A stretch of 32,000 nucleotides of DNA from Candidatus Heimdallarchaeota archaeon. Lineage in GTDB: Archaea; Asgardarchaeota; Heimdallarchaeia; Heimdallarchaeales; Kariarchaeaceae. Made by a program: the position numbers and the translations under genes. Location: contig JASBSB010000001.1 of the NCBI GenBank assembly GCA_030149205.1, forward strand, positions 540,001-572,000. Direction: 5' to 3'. The notes under the pieces were generated by a model. That model ran no database searches. It was not told the DNA's origin and saw nothing but the letters and a program-made list of their open reading frames with translations. Within the stretch, counting starts at the first letter, position 1, and every line of letters starts with the position of its first letter. This document shows positions 8,522 to 15,608 of the stretch, piece by piece.

Positions 8522-10135
8522 TTGTTTCTTGTGAAATTTGAGATTTTAATAGGATTATTGCTCATTTCAGTGCTAAACTCTACATCTACACCTGATATTG
8601 TTACCTCTTTAGAAGATGATTCGTTGATACTTAAACCCAAATCTTCTACAAACAAAAATATTATTTTTATGATAGGAGATGGAATGGGTAGCGAAGAAAT
8701 AAAGCTCGCGAGCTTAATAGAATATGGAATAATTAATGGATCCATTTTTGAAGAGTTCCCTAGTCAGGCATGGTATTCTACTGATGATATTCACGGAAAA
8801 ATAACAGATAGTGCAGCTTCTGGAACTGCTTTGGCAACGGGCCAGCTGACGGCAAATTCGATGGTTGGGATTGACACAAAATCTGTTCCAATCAAGACAA
8901 TTCTGGAATATTTAAAAGATGATTTTAATTATTCTACTGGTATTGTTACAACAACAGAGATTGCTCATGCAACACCTGCTACGTTTGCAGCACATGCAAA
9001 GCATAGAGATTTGAAGACCAAGATTAGAGATCAGCTTCTTTCTCAAAACATAGACGTGGTACTCGGTGGTGGGTTAGGAGGAACCTACATAGGAGGAAGG
9101 TCAGGAGCCCAGAATTTGGCGAATAATCATAATTACACATTAGTTACCAACACTAGTGAATTAAACCAAATCTCAAATTCCACTGATTCCTTATTGGGTT
9201 TATTTGGGTATTATAATATAGATTACGAATTGGAAAGAAACCCCCAGGAAAGTCCATCGCTTCAAGAAATGACTAGCAAGGCTCTTCAATTGTTAGATTC
9301 AAAGAACAAACCCTTTTTCGTAATGATAGAAGGTGGAAGAATAGATCATGCAGGTCATCTGCTAAATTCATTTCAAAACAAAACTATCTACAATGCGTTA
9401 GAAACTATTAACTTCGAAAAATCAGTAAGGGTGGCATATGAATATGCGAAAGCTCATCCCAACACCATATTAATAACAACTGCAGATCATGAAACCGGGG
9501 GATTAAAAGTTCATGACTTTTCAAACCTTGACAAAACACTTCCTGATGATAAAAATAGTAGAAACAAAAATAACGAGATCAGATATAACCGATCATTACA
9601 GATAGATACTAGTTGGTTAACAACATCTCACACAGGTCAAAAAGTGAGGTTTTCAGGGTACGGATTCGATTTTAACACTTCGAAAATCCAAAAGAACACT
9701 GATGTGTTCTGGGCCCTTAATGAGGCGCTAGGTAATTTCCCTGTGATTCGAACAGACTATCCAAAATCTGGACAAATTGGAAAACTTAGTTTTAGAGTTG
9801 TAGGGTCTCAGTTAGAACCAATTAATTATAATTATAGAAGTACTGAAGTTCAAAGTGGTAAAGTTGTAATTGGTAATTGGACTGAGTCTACAAAAAATAC
9901 CACAATTACATTAACCTTTGAAAGTAGTGAAAACACATCAATTGTGGTTCAAATACTAGTTAAGGATGTGGAGACCTCTATTAAAACCAGCTCATTAAAG
10001 TTCCATCTGGCGATTTATAAGGGTCAAGCACCAATCAGTTCAACCAACAATGTATCATATCTAAATTCAATGAATCTTGTTTTAGTTTTAATATTTATTT
10101 CTTTGAAGTTACGAAAAATTAGAGGGACAAGCTAG
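8522..10135 (+). CDS. phoA: Alkaline phosphatase (PhoA family), secreted with a C-terminal membrane anchor
   Basis: IFMIGDGMG, ITDSAASGTALATG (catalytic Ser), HATPATF, FFVMIEGGRIDHAGH, TADHETGG; signal peptide; C-terminal hydrophobic segment plus KLRKIR. Confidence 0.92.
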   Translation: MFLVKFEILIGLLLISVLNSTSTPDIVTSLEDDSLILKPKSSTNKNIIFMIGDGMGSEEIKLASLIEYGIINGSIFEEFPSQAWYSTDDIHGKITDSAASGTALATGQLTANSMVGIDTKSVPIKTILEYLKDDFNYSTGIVTTTEIAHATPATFAAHAKHRDLKTKIRDQLLSQNIDVVLGGGLGGTYIGGRSGAQNLANNHNYTLVTNTSELNQISNSTDSLLGLFGYYNIDYELERNPQESPSLQEMTSKALQLLDSKNKPFFVMIEGGRIDHAGHLLNSFQNKTIYNALETINFEKSVRVAYEYAKAHPNTILITTADHETGGLKVHDFSNLDKTLPDDKNSRNKNNEIRYNRSLQIDTSWLTTSHTGQKVRFSGYGFDFNTSKIQKNTDVFWALNEALGNFPVIRTDYPKSGQIGKLSFRVVGSQLEPINYNYRSTEVQSGKVVIGNWTESTKNTTITLTFESSENTSIVVQILVKDVETSIKTSSLKFHLAIYKGQAPISSTNNVSYLNSMNLVLVLIFISLKLRKIRGTS

Positions 10136-10148
10136 GGCACACCTCAAT

Positions 10149-10180
10149 TCTTCTGTAAATTAAGCACTAATTTTTAATCA
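10149..10180 (+). promoter_or_regulatory. Conserved promoter element upstream of translin copy 1
   Basis: TCTTCTGTAAATTAAGCACTAATTTTTAATCA is 30/32 identical to 21377-21408 while the flanks diverge; TTTTTAAT starts 29 nt before the ATG in both copies. Confidence 0.6.
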
Positions 10181-10199
10181 AACCTCTCAGTGGTTGGAT

Positions 10200-10829
10200 A
10201 TGGAAGAACAACTTGCTTCCCAGATCACCAAGATTGTCGAGGGTATAGTAACTGATTTAGACGAATTGGATGAACTCAGAGAAGATGTTATTGCTTTGTC
10301 TCGAAAGTTAAATAGAATGTCAGGGAAGGCAATAGCAAGGATTGTGAATTTATCTCAAGAGCCCTCATTGATTAAGGGAGCAAGAGAATTCAAAACTGCC
10401 CTTGATATTAAGTTGTCAAAATTTACACCGTTTTTTGGGTGGAACACTGTTAATGATGGACTTGAAGAATTTACTGAGATGGAACTTCTTTATGCGATAA
10501 TCTCGGATCGAGAGCTTCCCTCTCCACAATCATTAAATATACCAAGCTCTATTTGGATAAATGCTTTCTGCGACACTATCGGAGAACTAAGAAGGGTTAT
10601 ACTTCGCTTGTTAATCTCACAAAAGGTTGAGAATGCAAGAAAATACCTTGATATAATGAATCTAATGTTTGAAAATATTATTGGGATAGAGTATGGAAAA
10701 CATGTGGCTGGAAATCTTAGGAAAAAAATTGATTACCTGAGAGTCACTATAGAGAGAACTGAGAGTGATTTCTTACATTCTATGCTAGGGAATCAAATTC
10801 AAGACAGTTTGGATGCAAGCGAGGATTAA
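10200..10829 (+). CDS. Translin/TRAX family protein, copy 1
   Basis: REDVIALSRKL, GLEEFTEMELL, CDTIGELRRVIL, LRKKID; all-helical, 209 aa. ATG at 10200 matches the start of copy 2. Confidence 0.85.
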   Translation: MEEQLASQITKIVEGIVTDLDELDELREDVIALSRKLNRMSGKAIARIVNLSQEPSLIKGAREFKTALDIKLSKFTPFFGWNTVNDGLEEFTEMELLYAIISDRELPSPQSLNIPSSIWINAFCDTIGELRRVILRLLISQKVENARKYLDIMNLMFENIIGIEYGKHVAGNLRKKIDYLRVTIERTESDFLHSMLGNQIQDSLDASED

Positions 10830-10832
10830 AAC

Positions 10833-11225
10833 ATGAAATTGACTGGAGTTGTCCAAGAAGGCAAAGGAGAAGGTGCAAAATTTATTTCACTCCCCACCTA
10901 TGATAAAATTTTTACTAAGCTACTAGGGTCTCAACCATTTCCTGGAACATTAAATGTGAAGATATCTGAAGAAGATGGAAGAGTTGTTACAGAGTTATTT
11001 AACAAAAAGGGTCAGAGATTTGAGGAGCTATACTTTCAAAATAAGAAGATGGGAGACATAATAGTCATCCCATGTGAAATTGGAGGCTTGTCAAATCATA
11101 AATCAGTAATTGTACGACCGCTTTTGACCACTCATCATATCGATATAATTGAGATTGTTTCTTCTGCACATATTCGGGATATTTTAAATTTGAAAGACCA
11201 AGATCAAATCACGGTTGTTGTTTAA
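10833..11225 (+). CDS. ribK: CTP-dependent archaeal riboflavin kinase, copy 1 (intact)
   Basis: GVVQEGKGEGAKFISL, PFPGTLNV, EIVS..HIR..LNLKDQDQITV; 130 aa. Confidence 0.88.
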   Translation: MKLTGVVQEGKGEGAKFISLPTYDKIFTKLLGSQPFPGTLNVKISEEDGRVVTELFNKKGQRFEELYFQNKKMGDIIVIPCEIGGLSNHKSVIVRPLLTTHHIDIIEIVSSAHIRDILNLKDQDQITVVV

Positions 11226-11781
11226 TTAATAAATTACTACAAAATACAAGTCTAGTAGATTTACTTCAGTATCTTTTATCTGTATTCCGTATCCTAGAGA
11301 TGATAAAATATGACCTGAGTTCCCCCCTTATATATTTTTTTGACACCACCTAATGGAGTTAAATGTTTCCAACTATTCCCAGTAATAATGTAACCTGCAT
11401 GAGGAGAACTCCCATCTTTGCCATCTGTTGCCAACCCAATAAAGAACAGGTCCTGTGTTCCTTTCAATTTTTCACTCATAAGTGTTGCGAGAGAGGAAAC
11501 CCTTCCACCCTTATAATTAAACGCTGGACTTGGAAGCATAACTACAGGTTCACCCATCCAGATTAATGTTGTCTTGAGGTTAGTTGAGCTTGAGTCAACC
11601 TTGGTCTTAATTATGTTTATCATGTTCTCAGCAACCGATTCTACATCACCTGATAGATTTACATCAATTACTTCAGATTGAATTTTTAGCTTCGAAAGTT
11701 CATCAATTAAATGATCTGCAAAGATCTGACGAGAACAAATTACCTTGAAATGATGATTTTGAGGTAGCTCAAATTCATATG
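11226..11781 (-). pseudogene. 3' part of the MOFRL/glycerate-2-kinase-like gene, copy 1
   Basis: Reads YEFELPQNHHFKVICSRQIFADHLIDELSKLKIQSEVIDVNLSGDVESVAENMINII..MGEPVV..ATDGKDG, colinear with aa ~259-440 of 22454-23776. A 1-bp deletion at the C6 run (11322-11327) shifts the frame near the end. Confidence 0.85.
11768..11781. repeat. Left att-like imperfect direct repeat of the island
   Basis: CTCAAATTCATATG versus CTGGAATTTATATG at 19302-19315 (11/14); both encode the Y(E/K)F(E/Q) segment of the split gene. Confidence 0.55.
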
Positions 11782-12103
11782 GAAGATAAGCATAAGATGT
11801 GTTTCATGAATCCTCACCATTTTGATTCTGCTCGAAAAACAGAAAGAAATTGTCTCTCCAACCTCTTAGGATTCTTTATCCTGTCCAATTTTTTCATTGA
11901 AATGAACAATAGGTTTGATTTTTCGGTGGTCTTTTACATCCCTGCTTCTGTACCTGTGAACAATGGAGTTCTGTGGAGTCTTTCTAAATCTGCTACTTAT
12001 TTTTCCTCTCAATTTATGCAGATTAATGCGAAATATTTTTCCTGAGATAGGAGATGTGTTAAGTTCGATATGACCCTTCTGAATCATATTGGAAGATAGG
12101 TCT

Positions 12104-12139
12104 GTTGCAACCGTTGTAAAACTCTCTAGGGATTGAACT
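12104..12139 (+). CRISPR. Solitary CRISPR-like repeat (R0), possibly followed by a 38-nt spacer and a collapsed repeat at 12178
   Basis: GTTGCAACCGTTGTAAAACTCTCTAGGGATTGAACT, 31/37 to R1 (13876). GTAGCAAAAGGGGATT begins exactly 38 nt after it. Confidence 0.65.
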
Positions 12140-12233
12140 TTTCATCAGTTACAAATTATTTTGGAACCATATATAATGTAGCAAAAGGGGATTAATATTA
12201 AAACTTATTAAATTTATTTTTACTGATTAAATA

Positions 12234-13364
12234 TTGAAAAGCACACTTTATTCATTAGTTTTCTTATTGCTTTTATTTAACACCACTAATGCAGCATTTA
12301 ATTATAGTCTTTCCCAAAATCACACTATAGGCACTTGGGATAAGGCTGGGAATGGTAACCTACTTAACAATCCAACCTCCATTTTTCAGGATCATATAAA
12401 CGATACCTTTATTGTCTCAGACTCACAAAATGGAAGAGTATTACAGTTTAATTCAAGCACATGGAACAAGATTCATGAAATTACACCCCTTTACCCAAAT
12501 CTAACCAAAGTAAAAACAGTTTATGATACAATACTACAAAGAAATGGAACATTTACCTCTATACTTGCCAAAGGAAGAATTATCTCATATCAACTTGATG
12601 GGAAAATAATTCAATCAATAACTATCCCTTTTCTCCCTGATGATACTGTTTTTTTTCAAAATGGAAAGTATGTTCATTTAGGCTATGACTCAGTTGAAAA
12701 TAAAATATTGGTACAGTTTCCACTTACAATTAATGGTGTAAGAAGAGTTAGAGTTACAACGCTAGAAACAATAAAATTGAATATGTCAGAAAGTAATTTT
12801 CTGACAAAAGACATTTATGCGGAGTCTCAATTTTCATATATCGATGGTTCACCTGCCGCTTTAAGTCAATTCTATTATCAAAACGGAACAGTAGCCTTAC
12901 AAATAAAAAAATTTGGCATGATCAATGGGAAATACAATATAACATCAACTTTCTTAGTCCCTTACGCATCTATAGGGTCAATGACGGGATGGCTAAAATT
13001 GAAAAATGGATACTTGTTTTCCACAGCAAATGGAGTTTTAGTCTATGACCTTATGATGAATCTAGTTAACAAATTTAATGACTTAAATGGTTTTGGCAAA
13101 TTTGACCAAGTAAGTTCCATAGTATATGATCCAATTAGCAACCTAGTTATCTTATCATTGGCTTCAAAAAATTTTGTTATTGGAATTAAGGTTCTTACCC
13201 TTACATTAGATCCCACTGTTTCTAACTCAGCAACACAGACTGAGTTGTTAATTTGGATACCTGTAACTTTGCTTAGGCTAATAGTTTTAGCTGTTATATT
13301 GATAACTATAATACTAGTAATTATAGTTATCAAACGCAGATTTATTGTTAATAGATCTGCTTAA
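12234..13364 (+). CDS. Membrane-anchored surface protein with NHL-like beta-propeller repeats
   Basis: Signal peptide; LLNNPTSIFQDHINDTFIVSDSQNGRVLQF (NHL consensus) and KFDQVSSIVYDP; C-terminal TM plus KRR. Confidence 0.7.
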   Translation: MKSTLYSLVFLLLLFNTTNAAFNYSLSQNHTIGTWDKAGNGNLLNNPTSIFQDHINDTFIVSDSQNGRVLQFNSSTWNKIHEITPLYPNLTKVKTVYDTILQRNGTFTSILAKGRIISYQLDGKIIQSITIPFLPDDTVFFQNGKYVHLGYDSVENKILVQFPLTINGVRRVRVTTLETIKLNMSESNFLTKDIYAESQFSYIDGSPAALSQFYYQNGTVALQIKKFGMINGKYNITSTFLVPYASIGSMTGWLKLKNGYLFSTANGVLVYDLMMNLVNKFNDLNGFGKFDQVSSIVYDPISNLVILSLASKNFVIGIKVLTLTLDPTVSNSATQTELLIWIPVTLLRLIVLAVILITIILVIIVIKRRFIVNRSA

Positions 13365-13875
13365 TTAGACAAATAAATTTATAGTCTCCTCAAATGGTTC
13401 GAAAAACAGTCTGAAGATAGAAAATCTGAATGTTACCCTGTTCAAAAGCTGATCTAAAGGTCGCTTTATTTTATCTGCATATCTTACCCATTCTCAAACC
13501 TTTAGCTTTCAAAGAAAAGGAATCATCATTACTTGAATTACAATTTAGTTTGTTTTTAATTTTCAGATGATACAAATTGTTCATACGAAGAGATTATATT
13601 TTAAAAGGCAAATGTGAAGATAAGGAATGGCTCTAAATAATAAATAGTATTATTTCAGTGAACTGTAGAGGGTGGAAAAATTGTGGAATTCAATAAATTT
13701 AATGATGTTTTATTTTAATAACTCAGATATTTTTCCCACAAAACCGGTAAATATTGTGTAATTCCTTATACATTTTCTGGACCAGAGAATGCCAAAAATT
13801 GAAAATTTCACTGCATTGTTTCTGTGATGAAATTTGAAATACATAAATACAAGGCTTCCTCATGGAAGACACAGG

Positions 13876-14061
13876 GTTGCAACCATTGTAAATCCCTTCT
13901 AGGGATCGAAGTCTGTAACAGTATGTAAGCAGATACTCCTTAGATGCGTTGTTGCAATTGTGTTAGAACCCTTTTAGGGATTGAAACTGCTTGGCTTTAT
14001 ACTTTGCTAAATGTTGACGGATCAAGTTGAAACTGGCTTAGACCCTTGTAGGGTTTGAAAT
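13876..14061 (+). CRISPR. Degenerate CRISPR mini-array: 3 repeats, 2 spacers, no cas genes in the window
   Basis: R1 13876-13912 GTTGCAACCATTGTAAATCCCTTCTAGGGATCGAAGT; R2 13951-13987 GTTGCAATTGTGTTAGAACCCTTTTAGGGATTGAAAC; R3 14026-14061 GTTGAAACTGGCTTAGACCCTTGTAGGGTTTGAAAT. Period exactly 75 bp, both spacers 38 nt; ~510-bp AT-rich region upstream. Confidence 0.8.
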
Positions 14062-14113
14062 TAAAGGGTTGATCTGAAATATTGGTTTAAATCGTTTTAA
14101 TGTTTACGGGATG

Positions 14114-14734
14114 TTATTCAATTCTACCTGGCACAATCCTTTTGTTTTCAATGAGGTAGTGTTTGTGTCCAGATTTATGCAGCGACTTTGAGTGACTAAC
14201 CACAACAATTGTCTTCCCTTGCTCGTGTAGTGAATTTAATATAGAAATGATTAGAGATATATTGTTTATGTCTAAGCTCGACGTGGGTTCATCAATGAAA
14301 AGGACATCTGGAGCATGCATTAGGCTATAGGCGAATGAGGATTTGATGAGTTCACCACCTGAAATCTCATCAGGATAGCTGTTTTTGACAATTTGTAGTT
14401 GAAATTCGCTTAACAGGTTTTCTGCTATACTTGGGTCTTCTTTTACAAACAGTAAGTTTTCATAAATTGTAAGGTAAGGATGAAGAAATGGTTCTTGTGG
14501 AATGTAGATGCATTTTTCTGGGTTCTTCACCACTATAGTTCCAGATACTGGACTTAATTCTTGAATCATTAGTTTGAGAAGGCTGGTTTTGCCAGACCCT
14601 GATGGACCACCAATGCTTATCCAATCATTTTGTTTTACCTTGAAATCAAGATTTTCGAAAACTGTCAAACTTAGATCTTTCCTGATAAAATATCTTAGGT
14701 CAACATTTTTCAAGCTGACAATAGTTTCAGGCAT
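14114..14734 (-). CDS. ABC transporter ATP-binding protein (LolD/MacB-like)
   Basis: GPSGSGKT, ISGGE, LFIDEPT, VSH. Start at 14734 (8-bp overlap with the upstream stop) preferred over 14749. Confidence 0.88.
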   Translation of the reverse strand: MPETIVSLKNVDLRYFIRKDLSLTVFENLDFKVKQNDWISIGGPSGSGKTSLLKLMIQELSPVSGTIVVKNPEKCIYIPQEPFLHPYLTIYENLLFVKEDPSIAENLLSEFQLQIVKNSYPDEISGGELIKSSFAYSLMHAPDVLFIDEPTSSLDINNISLIISILNSLHEQGKTIVVVSHSKSLHKSGHKHYLIENKRIVPGRIE

Positions 14735-15608
14735 TGTCTCCCATCTCATTCTTTTTCGGTGATAACTTTATGAAGCCATCCTTTAGGCTCATGGTGATTA
14801 TGTTTTTTATATCTAGTTTCTCCAGAGCATACTTTGGAAGATAGACCGCACCTTTTGAATCTACGGTTAGATCCACGTGAAGTCCATGCATAAGCTTTAA
14901 AATACCTTCTTCCTTTATTTCTGTGTTTGAGCGATCTATGATCCTGTCAAATCTTCCAAAATAGATTCCAAGTACTAGATTGCTGTACAATGAAATTTCT
15001 GGATCATGTGATGTGTAAACCAGTGTAATATCATTTGATTTGCATGATTCGATTATTTTTCTCATTACTTTGTGCTTTGTTGTTGAATCCAGAGAACTTG
15101 TTGGTTCATCCAGAATCAATATTTTAGAATTTTGCATCAGTCCCATTGCTAGACAGACCAATTGTTTTTCTCCACCCGACAGATGCATCACTGGTTGATC
15201 TATTAAATGAGAAATTTCAAGTTCTCTAAGAGTCTTGAGGATGTCTACGTTTTTATTGATGATAAAATTAACAAGTTCCATATTTTCCCTGACTGTTAAT
15301 TTGAAGATCAGATTTTCTTCCATTTTCTGTTTAACATAAAAGATGTATTCTGAGATGAATCTTTGACGGTCTTGTTGATTCATTTTATAGAGAGAGTTGC
15401 TGAGAATCTCAACGACACCTACATCTGGTTCTAATTGGCCTGCAAGCACGTTGAGCAGGGTTGTTTTTCCTGAACCGCTGTCTCCAGTGATTGTTACAAC
15501 TTCTGAGGATTTTATGACAAAAGACACGTTATTTAGAGCCAACAGATTCTCTTCGGGATGGAGCTTAGGTCCCTTATAGATAACTGTCATATCAGAGATA
15601 TTAATCAT
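14727..15608 (-). CDS. ABC ATPase (LolD-like) with a C-terminal AbrB/SpoVT-like domain
   Basis: GDSGSGKT, LSGGEKQ, ILDEPT, TSHD; C-terminal TVDSKGAVYLPKYALEKLDI..I.M..KDGFIKLSP. GGAGGT SD before the ATG at 15608. Confidence 0.85.
   Translation of the reverse strand: MINISDMTVIYKGPKLHPEENLLALNNVSFVIKSSEVVTITGDSGSGKTTLLNVLAGQLEPDVGVVEILSNSLYKMNQQDRQRFISEYIFYVKQKMEENLIFKLTVRENMELVNFIINKNVDILKTLRELEISHLIDQPVMHLSGGEKQLVCLAMGLMQNSKILILDEPTSSLDSTTKHKVMRKIIESCKSNDITLVYTSHDPEISLYSNLVLGIYFGRFDRIIDRSNTEIKEEGILKLMHGLHVDLTVDSKGAVYLPKYALEKLDIKNIITMSLKDGFIKLSPKKNEMGDNA

Larger units (their letters stand above)
8891..11781. repeat. Copy 1 (left part) of a diverged tandem segmental duplication phoA'-translin-ribK-kinase; continues at 19302-20081; copy 2 is 20080-23776
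   Basis: Same gene order and colinear protein alignments; translin copies differ at 50/209 aa by manual count. Confidence 0.9.

Noticed and set aside
11322-11327. Frameshift in kinase copy 1 as programmed frameshifting or phase variation
   Set aside because: A single-base loss in a C homopolymer of an already split gene; decay or sequencing error is simpler.
11779-12087. ORFs 11779-12045 (+) and 11866-12087 (-)
   Set aside because: No recognisable motifs in any frame; may be an eroded gene but cannot be supported.
13803-13835. 8-bp inverted repeat AAATTTCA-N17-TGAAATTT upstream of the array
   Set aside because: AT-rich and short; chance cannot be excluded.
12140-13875. NHL gene as a giant spacer captured between R0 and R1
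   Set aside because: R0 and R1 each have a similar upstream motif and R0 has its own 38-nt spacer-like unit, which fits two separate mini-arrays better.
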